Source: Pseudomonadota bacterium (lineage in GTDB: Bacteria > Pseudomonadota > Gammaproteobacteria > SURF-13). Taken from it: 64,000 nt of DNA. A program made the translations under genes and the position numbers. The notes under the pieces are model-generated. The model had not been told where the DNA came from. It made no database searches and was given only the letters and a program-made list of their open reading frames with translations. The stretch lies in contig JBFLZV010000002.1 in NCBI GenBank assembly GCA_040756035.1, forward strand, positions 16,124-80,123, read 5' to 3'. Below are positions 1 through 12,994 of this stretch, one piece after another. Numbering within the stretch: position 1 is the stretch's first letter; every line of letters begins with the position of its first letter.

Positions 1-1
1 C

Positions 2-2491
<2,490 letters not shown>

Positions 2492-2560
2492 ACCACGCGG
2501 GTAATTGGTAGTGGGGGGGCGATGAAATATTGTTCCTTATTTTTCACCATTATTTACTCA

Positions 2561-3817
2561 CTAGCGCTTCATCGAATCGAAAAATTCCGCGTTGGTCTTG
2601 GTGGCTTTGAGGCGGTCGAGCAGGAACTCCATGGCGGCGAGTTCGTCCATGGGGTGCAGTAGTTTGCGCAGGATCCACATCTTCTGCAATTCGTCGGGCT
2701 TGGTGAGGAGTTCTTCGCGGCGCGTGCCGGAGCGGTTGATGTGGATGGCTGGGTAGATGCGTTTTTCGGCGATCTTGCGGTCCAAATGGATTTCCATGTT
2801 GCCGGTACCCTTGAATTCCTCGTAGATCACGTCGTCCATGCGCGAGCCGGTGTCGATGAGAGCGGTGGCGATGATGGTGAGGCTGCCGCCTTCTTCAATG
2901 TTGCGCGCGGCGCCGAAGAAGCGCTTGGGGCGTTGCAGCGCGTTGGCGTCCACGCCGCCGGTGAGCACCTTGCCGGAGGACGGGATGACCGTGTTGTAAG
3001 CGCGCGCCAGGCGCGTGATGGAGTCGAGCAGAATCACCACGTCGCGCTTGTGTTCGACCAGGCGTTTGGCCTTTTCGATGACCATTTCGGCCACTTGTAC
3101 GTGGCGGCTGGCGGGTTCGTCAAAGGTGCTGGACACTACTTCACCCTTCACCGAGCGCGCCATTTCCGTCACTTCTTCCGGGCGCTCGTCGATCAGCAGC
3201 ACAATCAAATAGCATTCGGGATGGTTGGCGGCGATGGACTGCGCGATGTTTTGCAGCATCATGGTCTTGCCCGACTTAGGCGAGGAGACGATCAGGCCGC
3301 GTTGGCCCTTGCCGATGGGTGCGATCAGGTCGATGACGCGTGCGGTGATGTCCTCGGTGCTGCCGTTGCCTTGCTCCAGCGTGAGCCGCTCGTTGGCGAA
3401 CAGCGGTGTGAGGTTTTCAAACAGCACTTTGTTCTTGGCGTTTTCCGGAGCCTCGAAATTGATCTCGCTGACCTTGAGCAGCGCGAAGTAGCGCTCGCCC
3501 TCCTTGGGCGGGCGGATCTTGCCGGACACCGTGTCGCCGGTGCGCAGGTTGAAGCGCCGCACCTGGCTGGGCGAGACGTAGATGTCGTCCGGGCCGGCAA
3601 GGAACGAGCTATCGGCGGAGCGCAGGAAGCCAAAACCGTCTTGAAGGATTTCCAGCACGCCGTCGCCGAAGATATCTTCGCCCTTTTGCGCGTGCGCCTT
3701 GAGGATGGCGAAGATCACGTCTTGCTTACGCGAGCGCGCCATGCCCTCGATTTCCATCGATTGGGCAAGGTCGATGAGTTCAGCGGCGGGTTTCTTTTTG
3801 AGTTCGGTGAGATTCAT
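2561..3817 (-). CDS. rho: Transcription termination factor Rho
   Basis: 418 aa. Has the N-terminal RNA-binding/cold-shock-like domain and the RecA-type ATPase core ([10 protein letters not shown] Walker A). Lies in the conserved rho-trxA neighbourhood. Confidence 0.95.
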   Translation of the reverse strand: MNLTELKKKPAAELIDLAQSMEIEGMARSRKQDVIFAILKAHAQKGEDIFGDGVLEILQDGFGFLRSADSSFLAGPDDIYVSPSQVRRFNLRTGDTVSGKIRPPKEGERYFALLKVSEINFEAPENAKNKVLFENLTPLFANERLTLEQGNGSTEDITARVIDLIAPIGKGQRGLIVSSPKSGKTMMLQNIAQSIAANHPECYLIVLLIDERPEEVTEMARSVKGEVVSSTFDEPASRHVQVAEMVIEKAKRLVEHKRDVVILLDSITRLARAYNTVIPSSGKVLTGGVDANALQRPKRFFGAARNIEEGGSLTIIATALIDTGSRMDDVIYEEFKGTGNMEIHLDRKIAEKRIYPAIHINRSGTRREELLTKPDELQKMWILRKLLHPMDELAAMEFLLDRLKATKTNAEFFDSMKR

Positions 3818-4016
3818 GAGAGTGTGCTTTGTGAATGAATGCGAAGTGACACAGTCCGTTCGAGACGGCTGTCAGAATTGTACGATTTGTTGGGGAGTGT
3901 ACTGCCGGTGAGGCAGAAGACTTCTTTTTAGAATACTTATACTACCTTTTCAGCATACCATTAAATTTTGCGCGCGTCCAGTCCTCCGCGGCGAAATTTT
4001 GCGTGGCGAGTCTTAA
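3818..4016 (-). promoter_or_regulatory. rho 5' leader, a candidate autoregulatory attenuator region
   Basis: 199-bp untranslated gap between the trxA stop and the rho start. By established knowledge rho leaders are long and mediate Rho-dependent autoregulation. No specific motif was verified here. Confidence 0.3.
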
Positions 4017-4343
4017 TTAAAGGTTGGAATCGATAAACGCCGTCAACTGCGACTTCGACAGCGCGCCTACTTTGGTGGCTTCCACCGCGCCGTTTTTGAA
4101 CAGCATCAGGGTTGGAATGCCGCGTATGCCGTAGCGCGGGGGCGTGGCGGGATTTTCGTCGATGTTGAGCTTGGCGATCTTGACCTTGCCGGCGTATTCC
4201 GTGGCGATTTCGTCCAGGATCGGGGCGATCATCTTGCAGGGCGCGCACCAGTCTGCCCAATAGTCAACCAGCACCGGGTTGCCGGCCTTGAGCACCTCGG
4301 TTTCAAAATTTGCGTCACTGACGTGTACGATGGGTCCGCTCAT
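4017..4343 (-). CDS. trxA: Thioredoxin 1
   Basis: 108 aa with the WCAPC active site and the thioredoxin fold signature. Confidence 0.95.
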   Translation of the reverse strand: MSGPIVHVSDANFETEVLKAGNPVLVDYWADWCAPCKMIAPILDEIATEYAGKVKIAKLNIDENPATPPRYGIRGIPTLMLFKNGAVEATKVGALSKSQLTAFIDSNL

Positions 4344-4495
4344 GTGCCTCGTGTCCTGATGAAAAACAATAATTAGGAATGTGCTGTGGGGAGTGGCGCG
4401 TGGCCCTGGCCACCGTGCCCGGAATGTACATTTGAGCCGATTTGGCGGAATATTTCAAGCCCAATAGTAGGCCGATTCTGCTATTCTGTACGGCT

Positions 4496-5797
4496 ATGAC
4501 CGAGAAACATTTAACCGGTGTGACGTTCGCGAGCCTGAATTTGCCGCGTGAGTTGCTGCAAGGCATTGAACAAGCGGGCTTTTCCCACTGCACGCCCATT
4601 CAGGCCGCGGCCCTGCCGCTGGCCCTACACGGCCGCGACGTGGCGGGCCGCGCGCAAACCGGCACCGGCAAGACCGCCGCTTTTCTGCTGGCCGTCATGA
4701 ACCATTTATTAAAGCATCCCGCGCCGCCGCAGCGCAAAGCCGATCAGCCGCGCGCGCTCATCCTCGCTCCCACGCGCGAACTCGCCATTCAAATCCATAA
4801 AGACGCCGAGGTGCTGGGTCGCTACACCGGTCTGCGCCTGGGGCTGGTGTACGGCGGCACGGGTTACGACACGCAGCGCGCCATGTTGGAGGCGGGCGTG
4901 GATATCCTGATCGGCACCCCGGGGCGGCTCATCGATTATCTCAAGCAACACGTCTTCGACCTCAAGGCCGTGCAAGCCATGGTGCTGGACGAGGCCGATC
5001 GCATGTTCGACCTGGGGTTCATCAAGGACGTGCGTTTTCTGCTGCGGCGCATGCCGCCGCCGGAAAAGCGCTTGAACATGCTGTTCTCGGCCACGCTGTC
5101 ACTGCGCGTCACCGAGCTGACCTACGAGCACATGAACAATGCCAAGCTGATCGAGATCGAGCCGGAAAAAGTCACCGCCGACAAGGTCACGCAAATACTC
5201 TATCATGTCGGCGAGGACGAGAAAATTTCCTTACTGCTCGGCCTGCTCAAGCACATGGACCCGCGGCGCAGCATCGTGTTCGTCAACACCAAGGTGGTGG
5301 CGCATAGAGTGTGGAGCTACCTGGAGGCGAACGGCTACAGCGCGGCCATGCTGTCCGGCGACGTGCCGCAGCAAAAGCGCGAGCGCCTGCTCACGCAATT
5401 CCAAAAGGGCGAGCTGGCCATCCTGGTAGCCACCGATGTGGCGGCGCGCGGCCTGCACATCCCGGACGTCAGCCACGTGTTCAATTACGACCTGCCGCAG
5501 GACGGCGAGGATTACGTGCACCGCATCGGGCGCACCGCGCGCGCCGGGGCGAGCGGCGACGCCATCAGTTTCGTGTGCGAGCAGTATGCCTACTCGCTCA
5601 TCGACATCGAAAAATACCTAGGCCGTAAACTGCCGGTGGGACGTATCACCAACGACATGCTCATTACGCCCGTGCAACCGGAAAAATCCGAGCGCGAAAT
5701 CGCGCGGCCGTTTCGCGGGCGTCGCGGCGGACGCCCGCCCGCGCCGCCGGCGCAGGGCCGCCGCGCGGGCCGCGCACGGACCGCCGGCAAAAGATAG
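4496..5797 (+). CDS. rhlB: ATP-dependent DEAD-box RNA helicase RhlB
   Basis: Contains the Q-motif, [15 protein letters not shown] and HRIGRTAR motifs, plus an Arg/Gly-rich C-terminal tail. The start is chosen at MTEKHLT (ATG 4496) by alignment with the E. coli RhlB N-terminus. The ORF-track start at 4442 is probably too far upstream. Confidence 0.85.
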   Translation: MTEKHLTGVTFASLNLPRELLQGIEQAGFSHCTPIQAAALPLALHGRDVAGRAQTGTGKTAAFLLAVMNHLLKHPAPPQRKADQPRALILAPTRELAIQIHKDAEVLGRYTGLRLGLVYGGTGYDTQRAMLEAGVDILIGTPGRLIDYLKQHVFDLKAVQAMVLDEADRMFDLGFIKDVRFLLRRMPPPEKRLNMLFSATLSLRVTELTYEHMNNAKLIEIEPEKVTADKVTQILYHVGEDEKISLLLGLLKHMDPRRSIVFVNTKVVAHRVWSYLEANGYSAAMLSGDVPQQKRERLLTQFQKGELAILVATDVAARGLHIPDVSHVFNYDLPQDGEDYVHRIGRTARAGASGDAISFVCEQYAYSLIDIEKYLGRKLPVGRITNDMLITPVQPEKSEREIARPFRGRRGGRPPAPPAQGRRAGRARTAGKR

Positions 5798-5873
5798 GCG
5801 CTGATGGTTGAAGAACGGCGGCGTTCCCTTATCATAATGTTTTTTTCTATATAGTTATCGTTGGAGTCGATTC

Positions 5874-6416
5874 ATGGCGCGCATGATATTTTCTGACGGC
5901 GGCGAAACGCAGGAGTTGCCCGCCATCCAAGCGAAACTCGGCGAGATCGGCATCACCTTGCGGCAATGGCCGTTACCGGACGATGCCGCCATGCGGCGCT
6001 TGCTGGAACAGCCGGCGCTGGACGATGCGCAAAAAGAGCAACTGCTGCGCGCCGTCGATCATCGCTTCGAGACGTTGAAGCAAGAGGCCGGCTACACCAC
6101 GCGCGACATGGTGGTGCTGCACGAAAACATTCCCGGTCTCGCCGACATGCTCGGCAAGTTCGACAAGGTGCACTATCACACCGACGACGAGGTGCGCTAC
6201 ATCCTGGCGGGCAAGGGCTATTTTGGTTTCGTCGATCCGCGCGGCGAGCAGTTCATGCTCGAGGTGGCGGCCTCCGACTACATCAACGTGCCCGCCAATA
6301 CCGAACACTGGTTCACGCTGGGCGGATCAAAGCGCATCAAGGCGGTGCGCTACTTCATCGACACCAGCGGCTGGACGCCGGTGTATACGCAAAGAGCCGT
6401 GGCCAGTTTCGAGTAG
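5874..6416 (+). CDS. mtnD: Acireductone dioxygenase (1,2-dihydroxy-3-keto-5-methylthiopentene dioxygenase, ARD), methionine salvage
   Basis: 180-aa cupin with the HYHTDDEVRY and EHWF metal-binding signature typical of ARD. Confidence 0.8.
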   Translation: MARMIFSDGGETQELPAIQAKLGEIGITLRQWPLPDDAAMRRLLEQPALDDAQKEQLLRAVDHRFETLKQEAGYTTRDMVVLHENIPGLADMLGKFDKVHYHTDDEVRYILAGKGYFGFVDPRGEQFMLEVAASDYINVPANTEHWFTLGGSKRIKAVRYFIDTSGWTPVYTQRAVASFE

Positions 6417-6468
6417 CAGGTAGGTCGGTTCAAGCGCGCCGCGCGGAACCGATAAGCAGAAACTAAAA

Positions 6469-7095
6469 ATGCCTCAACCGTTTGACGACCTTACCCCGCG
6501 CGCCGCGCTCGTCGAGATCGCGCGCGACTTCCACGCGCGCGGCTGGATGGCGGGCACGGCGGGCAACCTCAGCGCCAAGGATGACGACGCCGCGTTTTGG
6601 ATCACCGCCAGCGGTATGCCTAAGGGCCGCTTGCAGGAATCGGACTTTCTCCTGGTCAACATAGCCGACGGCGCACTGATTGAACGCGCCGCCGCGCACA
6701 ATAAACCGTCGGCGGAAACCGCTATCCACCGCGCTATTTATCAATGCGTGCCCGAGGCGCGCGCGTGCCTGCACGTGCACAGCGTCGATGCCTGTCTGGC
6801 CGCTGCGCGCATTCCGCTCAGCTCCACGGTATTGCCGTTGCCCGCCCTGGAAATGATCAAGGGCTTGGACATCTGGGAAGAACGGCCGCGTGTCGCGCTG
6901 CCGTTATTCGAAAATTTTCTCGACGTCGGTAAAATCGCGGAAGCCATTACCGCGCGCTTTAAAAGCGAGCCGCCGCGCGTACCCGCGCTGATGGTGCGCG
7001 GCCACGGCGTGACGGTGTGGGGAAACAGCCTGCAACAAGCCTATAATAGAGTCGAGGTAATTGAGTTTATCCTGAGCTACATGGCGCGTGTTTAA
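6469..7095 (+). CDS. mtnB: Methylthioribulose-1-phosphate dehydratase (class II aldolase/adducin fold)
   Basis: 208 aa with the class II aldolase motifs (GTAGNLS, HVHS). Adjacent to mtnD. Confidence 0.8.
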   Translation: MPQPFDDLTPRAALVEIARDFHARGWMAGTAGNLSAKDDDAAFWITASGMPKGRLQESDFLLVNIADGALIERAAAHNKPSAETAIHRAIYQCVPEARACLHVHSVDACLAAARIPLSSTVLPLPALEMIKGLDIWEERPRVALPLFENFLDVGKIAEAITARFKSEPPRVPALMVRGHGVTVWGNSLQQAYNRVEVIEFILSYMARV

Positions 7096-7165
7096 ACTGC
7101 TAACGGGCGCGCCGTTCGTGCCCACTTTGCATCACTTGGCGTCTTGGCGGTTACTTTATTGACCT

Positions 7166-8119
7166 ATGAAAATCATCCTCGCCAATCCACGCGGCTTCTG
7201 CGCGGGCGTAAGCCGCGCCATCGACATCGTCGAGCGCGCGCTGGAAAATTTCGGCGCGCCGATCTACGTGCGCCACGAAGTCGTGCACAATAAATTTGTG
7301 GTGGACGACCTGCGCGCCAAGGGCGCGGTGTTCGTCGATGAATTGGACGAGATCCCCGACGACGGCATCGCCATCTTCAGCGCGCACGGCATATCGCGCG
7401 CGGTGCGCGAGGAAGCGGCGCGGCGTAAGTTGAAGGTCTTCGACGCCACCTGCCCGCTGGTCACCAAGGTGCACATGGAGGTGCTCGGCCACTACCGCGA
7501 CGGGCGCGAGTGCATCCTGATCGGTCATAAGGGTCACCCGGAAGTGGAAGGCACCATGGGGCAATACAACAAGCCGCAAGACCTGGGGTGCATGTATTTG
7601 GTTGAGACCGAGCAAGACGTCGCGGCGCTGCGCGTCACCGATCCGGAACGCCTGGCCTTCGTGACGCAGACCACGCTCTCCATGGACGACACCGCGCGCG
7701 TGATTGACGCGCTACGCGCGCGCTTTCCTAAAATCATCGGCCCGAAAAAAGACGATATCTGCTACGCCACGCAAAACCGCCAAGACGCCGTGAAGGATTT
7801 GGCGCAACGCTGCGACGTGGTGCTGGTGGTCGGTTCACCCAACAGCTCCAACTCCAACCGCCTGAAAGAACTCGCCGGCAAGCTCGGCACGCCCGCCTAC
7901 CTCATCGACAGCGCCGCCGAAATTCGCGGCGAGTGGCTGATCGGCGCGCACACCATCGGCGTCACCGCCGGCGCCTCCGCGCCGGAGGTGTTGGTGCAGC
8001 AGGTGATTGCGCGGCTGCAAGAGTGGGGTGCGCAAAGCATCGAGGAAAATAGCGGACCGCGAGAACGCGTCATGTTTCCGCTGCCCAAAGAGCTTTTAGC
8101 CGAAGGTGTAAAGCCCTAA
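7166..8119 (+). CDS. ispH: 4-hydroxy-3-methylbut-2-enyl diphosphate reductase (IspH/LytB)
   Basis: 317 aa. Has the [10 protein letters not shown]-terminus and the conserved Cys triad of IspH. Confidence 0.95.
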   Translation: MKIILANPRGFCAGVSRAIDIVERALENFGAPIYVRHEVVHNKFVVDDLRAKGAVFVDELDEIPDDGIAIFSAHGISRAVREEAARRKLKVFDATCPLVTKVHMEVLGHYRDGRECILIGHKGHPEVEGTMGQYNKPQDLGCMYLVETEQDVAALRVTDPERLAFVTQTTLSMDDTARVIDALRARFPKIIGPKKDDICYATQNRQDAVKDLAQRCDVVLVVGSPNSSNSNRLKELAGKLGTPAYLIDSAAEIRGEWLIGAHTIGVTAGASAPEVLVQQVIARLQEWGAQSIEENSGPRERVMFPLPKELLAEGVKP

Positions 8120-8604
8120 ACTACTTCCCCGGAATATCGGGGATCGGTGTTGGTAATAACAGTCGTCAAGATAACATTGGCGGCGTCGCTGTTGCCCGAG
8201 GCGCCGGGTCTGCTCCAACTAACCTGAACGGTGATGGTGATGTAGCTATAGGAACTGCTCACGGTGGGGGGGGCGCTGTAGCACGTCCGTGTGTAAACGG
8301 CTGTGGCGGTATTGATGGTTTCGCTTCTGCCGGAGGTCGGGCAGGCATTTGCGTCCTGGATATCGGAGAAATCTATTACCCCGGTTGCCGAGACGGTGTT
8401 CGTTATTGTTTGTAGTTGCCGGTAATTTCTAAGCTGTTCGATCTTCTGCTCGGCAAGCGCCACTGCTTCGCTGCGTTCCCTGGCCAGTGAACTGCCCTGC
8501 AGTACCACGCCTTGGAAGCGCGCCATGGCCGCCAAGCCCGTGGCCAGCACGGCAACGGTAATCAGCACCTCGATGAGGGAAAAGCCGCGTTGTTTAAGCT
8601 GCAT
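8116..8604 (-). CDS. pilV: Type IV pilus minor pilin PilV-like protein
   Basis: Prepilin N-terminus ([16 protein letters not shown]) with Glu at +5, matching the PilV family. Its stop codon overlaps the convergent ispH stop (CTAA). Confidence 0.7.
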   Translation of the reverse strand: MQLKQRGFSLIEVLITVAVLATGLAAMARFQGVVLQGSSLARERSEAVALAEQKIEQLRNYRQLQTITNTVSATGVIDFSDIQDANACPTSGRSETINTATAVYTRTCYSAPPTVSSSYSYITITVQVSWSRPGASGNSDAANVILTTVITNTDPRYSGEVV

Positions 8605-8625
8605 GATGTGCCGCCCGCTTATAGC

Positions 8626-9831
8626 TTATACATCATCTGTCCAGGAGCCCGGTACTTTTACAAAAAGGCTCGGCCCGCTGGGGCCTCCGTTGCATCCATT
8701 CCTGCAGTATTTTGTATACGTGATGTTCACCGTGCCCGAGAAATCCAAGCTTTTTTCGGAGACCATGCCTCCATATAGAGTAGCGCCGCCGCTGGCGTCC
8801 ACGCCTGTGTCGTCATTGATATCGCCCGTTACATAGACGAAGCCGTAGATCGTCACGCCACCGTTAATGGTGAGGGTGCCGTTGATGACGAGTGTCACGG
8901 GGTTGGTAGGGCTACCGATCACGGTATTGGAGTTAAGCGTGGTGTTACCGGTAACCCAGAGCATGGGCGATTTTGGTGTTCCATGATTCGTGATGGTGTT
9001 GCCCGATTTGACTACCCCGGTATTGCCGAGTTGAGTATTGCAATTGCCGTTACATGTGACGGGCGTGCTCATGCTTTGCACATCGGCCTTACTGGTGCCG
9101 AAAGTGTACTGGAACAGGGCATCGCGTTCCGCACTGTTATCTACTACGCCGGTTATGCCGGTAATTTTTATAGCGCCGTTGGGTGACAAGCCCGCGCCGT
9201 CCACGCCATTGACCGAGGTGACGTCTTTGCCGTGTGTGTTGATCTCGCCTTGCGCCTGGATAGCGATAGGACCGATATTGTTTACAATATCGATGGCATT
9301 ACTGTTGGAGTGGTACGAGCCTCCCGTGGTCAAAGGGTTTGGAGGAGTGCGGGGCAGACGACTGGTGCGCTTGATGTACTGTTGGATCGTTTTGCTGGCG
9401 CCGGCCACTTGGCTGGGGTTGGCGTTTGCAACGTAATCATCCGAGTAACCGGTGGCGGTAATGAGGATAAGGTTAGTGTTGCCTCCACCGAGTGGTTGGC
9501 TGTAGCTATAGGTGTATCGGTTGGAATGGCCGGCCACGCCCGTGGCGGTAAGCGTGGCGTTGGTGACGTTGTTGGCGGAGCTGGGGCCGGTGTCGACGTC
9601 GGCAAAAAGTCTGTTGGCATCATAAATCGCCAATTCCAGCGCGGCCTGGGCGGCGTGCAACGCCTGTTTGGCGCGGTAATCATTGGCGGCGATTTTCTGT
9701 TCCATGTTGCCGACCTTGGCTGAAGAAAAGGTCATAAGCGTGATGGCCATCAGCAAAATCATGGCGGTGATCAGGGTGGCCATGCCGCGCTGATTTTTGC
9801 CGGGTGTGTTAAATTTTAGTGAAGTGGTCAT
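8626..9831 (-). CDS. pilX: PilX-like type IV pilus assembly protein with an unusually long Gly/Asn/Thr-rich C-terminal domain
   Basis: The PilX_N-type N-terminus (NQRGMATLITAMILLMAITLM) is followed by ~300 aa rich in NGT/TGV/GNT motifs. The start is chosen at the ATG at 9831 (MTTSL...), which has a GGAG Shine-Dalgarno 8 nt upstream. Confidence 0.6.
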   Translation of the reverse strand: MTTSLKFNTPGKNQRGMATLITAMILLMAITLMTFSSAKVGNMEQKIAANDYRAKQALHAAQAALELAIYDANRLFADVDTGPSSANNVTNATLTATGVAGHSNRYTYSYSQPLGGGNTNLILITATGYSDDYVANANPSQVAGASKTIQQYIKRTSRLPRTPPNPLTTGGSYHSNSNAIDIVNNIGPIAIQAQGEINTHGKDVTSVNGVDGAGLSPNGAIKITGITGVVDNSAERDALFQYTFGTSKADVQSMSTPVTCNGNCNTQLGNTGVVKSGNTITNHGTPKSPMLWVTGNTTLNSNTVIGSPTNPVTLVINGTLTINGGVTIYGFVYVTGDINDDTGVDASGGATLYGGMVSEKSLDFSGTVNITYTKYCRNGCNGGPSGPSLFVKVPGSWTDDV

Positions 9832-9850
9832 GGCATACACTCCTTTATTA

Positions 9851-10627
9851 TCAGCAGGGTGCTCTGCATACGGCGTCGTTGCGGACGCGCACGGTGTCTG
9901 TAATGCGCACCGACCGGGCGCTGTCGTTTATCGGATGGCCGGTAATGGTGATGGTGACGTCACGCACCTTGACCAGCACATCATTGTTATCCGGCGCGGC
10001 GTACGTGATGGCGGATGCGGTGTTATAGTCAGGATCGTTGCGGCAACTGGTGACGCCGGAGGAGCCGGTCTTGGCGTCGGTGACATTCAGGCAGTGGGTG
10101 GTTATAGTGAAAGCAAGTTCTGTGATCGTAACCTGGTCCGAATCCGTGATGCCCTCCCACGAACCTGGGGACCATGATGCTGGGTTGCAGTCATTGGCTG
10201 TAGCGGTGCCTCCTTTACGCCTTCCTATAGAATTGTTGCGTAAGAAAAAGGCGAACATTTCATTCGGATCCGCGTTGTCTACATCGGTATCGTAGTTGAC
10301 ATCGTAGGTATAGGTAAGACACGTACCGCCACCGCCTACCTGCAAGTCATTGACACCCTGTGTGAACACATTGTTGGTAGCTTGTACCGGCCCGGCGCCG
10401 CTGGTAGCAACCACATTTCGCCAATAGCCGGCGCGCTGAATATCCCGTATCATAAAATCCATGGCCGCGCGCAAGTCCTGGTTGACGCGTGCGAGTTTCA
10501 AGGTATCGCCGCTGTTGCTAACGGTATTGGAAAAAATTTGCGTAATTCCGGCGACGACCAAGAAACCTGTCGCTATTGCGACCAGCGCCTCCACCAAGCT
10601 GAAGCCGTGTTGTTTCAGGGTTGGCAT
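9851..10627 (-). CDS. pilW: Type IV pilus assembly protein PilW-like minor pilin
   Basis: Prepilin N-terminus QHGFSLVEALVAIATGFLV followed by the ...IRDIQRAGY signature shared with PilW. Confidence 0.7.
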   Translation of the reverse strand: MPTLKQHGFSLVEALVAIATGFLVVAGITQIFSNTVSNSGDTLKLARVNQDLRAAMDFMIRDIQRAGYWRNVVATSGAGPVQATNNVFTQGVNDLQVGGGGTCLTYTYDVNYDTDVDNADPNEMFAFFLRNNSIGRRKGGTATANDCNPASWSPGSWEGITDSDQVTITELAFTITTHCLNVTDAKTGSSGVTSCRNDPDYNTASAITYAAPDNNDVLVKVRDVTITITGHPINDSARSVRITDTVRVRNDAVCRAPC

Positions 10628-11190
10628 GTGCCGGTGCTCGGTTTATATTGGCTTAGTTCACTATTGTCAGAACAAATGCGCACTCGGCCCATGGAGCTGG
10701 CGATGACGTCAATGATGCCGGTGCTGCTATTAAAACTTGCCCGCCCCCCCGTGGGGCTGGTGCATCCTGTAAGGCTAATGGTGCCGCTTCTCATCGTACC
10801 GCGCCGGGGGTCGATGCAGAGATTGTTGCTGACAAAGGTGCTGCTAAGACTTACCCCAGAGAAATTTGAGGCGGATACGATTTTTTGTATTCCGTCAACG
10901 GTGCAGTTCGCCGCCTGTGTGCTGCAGTTGCAAACAGTCGTGGTGTCGTCATCGAGTCCGTAGCACCAATTGGCCCCTGTGGTGAAGGAAACGGTGACTT
11001 GCCTATTTTTCTTAATCGCCTCGGTGCGCGCGTATTGCAGATCAGCATAAAGTTGCTCGGCGGCGCCGACGAGGCGCCGTTTGTCCAACGTGCCCTGGAA
11101 GGAGGGGATGCCGATGGCAAGCAGGATCGCCAGCACCGCAACCGTCACGATCATCTCTACCAAGGTAAATCCCGCGGATATTTGCTGCAT
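10615..11190 (-). CDS. fimT: FimT/FimU (GspH-like) type IV minor pilin
   Basis: N-terminus AGFTLVEMIVTVAVLAIL followed by ...QLYADLQYARTEAI, typical of the GspH/FimT family. Confidence 0.7.
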   Translation of the reverse strand: MQQISAGFTLVEMIVTVAVLAILLAIGIPSFQGTLDKRRLVGAAEQLYADLQYARTEAIKKNRQVTVSFTTGANWCYGLDDDTTTVCNCSTQAANCTVDGIQKIVSASNFSGVSLSSTFVSNNLCIDPRRGTMRSGTISLTGCTSPTGGRASFNSSTGIIDVIASSMGRVRICSDNSELSQYKPSTGTCQP

Positions 11191-11364
11191 GGCTTGAGGG
11201 CCTCTTGTTGAAAACTATAGTAGTCGAGTACGCTGGGGATTAATATATTCTCTCCTACCGCCTATCGGAATTTCTTTGCCGCCGGTCGGAAAGGGGTCGC
11301 CAAAGCTCGTCCGGCTTGGCATACAGAGGGTTAAGAGAATAGACCTTCGTAAAGGAGCTTGGGT

Positions 11365-11790
11365 ATGAAGAAGCATCAGATAGGATTTACCCTGATTGAG
11401 ATGATGATCGTGGTGGCCATCATCGGTATCTTGGCGGCCATTGCCTACCCTTCTTACCAGGATTCGGTGCGCAAAGGGCGGCGCGCGGAGGCGATTACCG
11501 CGCTTTATCAGATGCAGTTGGCGCAGGAAAAATGGCGCGCGACTCATACTTCGTATACAACCACCCTCAGCGATTTAGGGTTTAGTACAGCCAATATTCC
11601 CAGCAGCGGTACAACTTATTATCAGATTGCCGTCACCGCGGCTTCGTCCACCGGGTTTACCGCTACGGCGACGGCGCAAAGCGCGGGAGGGCAGAACCAG
11701 GACAAGGCCGGAAGCGTATCGTGCACGCCGCTGACGATTACTCAAAACGGCCCTGATCTTACTACTCAAGCCGCCTGCTGGGGGAAATAA
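11365..11790 (+). CDS. pilE: Type IV pilin PilE-like protein (minor or major pilin)
   Basis: 141 aa. [27 protein letters not shown] prepilin signature with a downstream Cys pair. AGGAG Shine-Dalgarno upstream of the ATG at 11365. Divergent from the fimT cluster. Confidence 0.7.
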   Translation: MKKHQIGFTLIEMMIVVAIIGILAAIAYPSYQDSVRKGRRAEAITALYQMQLAQEKWRATHTSYTTTLSDLGFSTANIPSSGTTYYQIAVTAASSTGFTATATAQSAGGQNQDKAGSVSCTPLTITQNGPDLTTQAACWGK

Positions 11791-11834
11791 AATTCGGCGG
11801 TTCGGTATCACCAGCGTGGGCCTGCATACTCATA

Positions 11835-12911
11835 GTGAACGATTATCTAATTATCGGCGGCGGCGTGATCGGCATGCTCACCGCGCGCGAATTGGCGCGT
11901 GCGGGGGCGCGGGTCGGCTTGGTCGAGCGCGGGGCGGTGGGACGGGAGTCTTCTTGGGCGGGGGGCGGGATTTTGTCGCCGTTGCATCCTTGGCGGTTGC
12001 CGGATGCGTTGACGGCGTTGTGCGCCTGGAGTCAGCGCCGTTATACGGCGCTGGCGGAGGAGCTTAGGCGAGAATCGGACGTTGATCCGGAATGGACGCG
12101 CAGCGGGTTGCTGATTTTGGAGGACATGGAGCGCATCGAGGCCGCGGCGTGGGCGGCGCGCCACGGGGTGCGCCTGGAGGCGCTGGAACCGCAGGCGGTG
12201 CGCGGCTATGAACCGGCGCTGGGTATGGCGCCGCCCGCGTTGTGGTTGCCGGAGGTTGCGCAAATTCGCAATCCGCGTTTGGTGAAGGCGCTGCATCAAA
12301 GCATTGTGGCGAGCGGCGTGGAGCTGGAGGAGCATTGTGAGGTCACGTCCATTCTCGCACGGGAAGGCCGCGCCGTCGGTGTGCAAACCGCGCGCGGCCC
12401 ACGCTATGCGGACAAGCTGGTATTGGCGAGCGGGGCGTGGAGCGGTCAATTACTGGAGGGTTTGGGATGCGCGTTGCCGGTGACGCCGGTGCGCGGGCAG
12501 ATGCTGCTTTATCAGGCGCCGCCGGGTCTGTTGTCGCACATTGTCGTGTACCAGGATCATTATTTGATTCCGCGCCGCGACGGGCGCGTGCTGGTGGGGA
12601 GCACGGTGGAGCAAGTCGGCTTCGATAAATCGACGACGGGAGGGGCGCGCCGGGAGTTGCAGCGCGCGGCGGAGACGTTGCTGCCGGAACTGGCGAACTA
12701 TCCGATCGAGCGCCACTGGTCGGGATTGCGTCCGGGTTCGCCGACGGGTGTGCCGTTTATCGGCGAGCATCCGGGCGTGCGGAATCTGTATTTGAATACG
12801 GGGCATTTTCGCAACGGCCTGGCGGCGGGGCCGGCTTCCGCGCGCCTTTTGGCGGATGAACTGCTGGGGCGGCCGCCTATTCACGATCCCGCTCCTTATT
12901 TGCCGTGCTGA
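11835..12911 (+). CDS. thiO: Glycine oxidase ThiO (FAD-dependent, DAO family)
   Basis: GTG start. Has the IIGGGVIG dinucleotide-binding motif and a C-terminal HWSGLRPGSPTG...GHFRNG region closely matching ThiO. Confidence 0.75.
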   Translation: MNDYLIIGGGVIGMLTARELARAGARVGLVERGAVGRESSWAGGGILSPLHPWRLPDALTALCAWSQRRYTALAEELRRESDVDPEWTRSGLLILEDMERIEAAAWAARHGVRLEALEPQAVRGYEPALGMAPPALWLPEVAQIRNPRLVKALHQSIVASGVELEEHCEVTSILAREGRAVGVQTARGPRYADKLVLASGAWSGQLLEGLGCALPVTPVRGQMLLYQAPPGLLSHIVVYQDHYLIPRRDGRVLVGSTVEQVGFDKSTTGGARRELQRAAETLLPELANYPIERHWSGLRPGSPTGVPFIGEHPGVRNLYLNTGHFRNGLAAGPASARLLADELLGRPPIHDPAPYLPC

Positions 12912-12994
12912 CGAACAGGCTATTGATTATACATGTATTTTTCCATCGCCGAGGTGCTGGACTCCGTCTAATTCTCCGTTATATACTTTAGCGT

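Noticed and set aside
2741-3838. 365-aa ORF antisense to rho. Similar long antisense ORFs lie opposite gatA (28017-28784), gatB (28970-29908), clpB (58612-59568, 59830-60693), the HDOD gene (60789-62048), cydA (48410-49318) and others.
   Set aside because: In a ~65% GC genome stop codons are rare in off-frames. These translations are Arg/Ala/Gly-rich low-complexity sequence, have no recognisable domains, and fully overlap well-supported genes.
11191-11364. Sigma-54 promoter for the pilE-like pilin (TGGCAT-N5-GGGTT at ~11305-11320)
   Set aside because: Only the -24 GG is present and the -12 GC dinucleotide is missing. A PilR/sigma-54 dependent promoter may still exist, but I cannot support it from the sequence.
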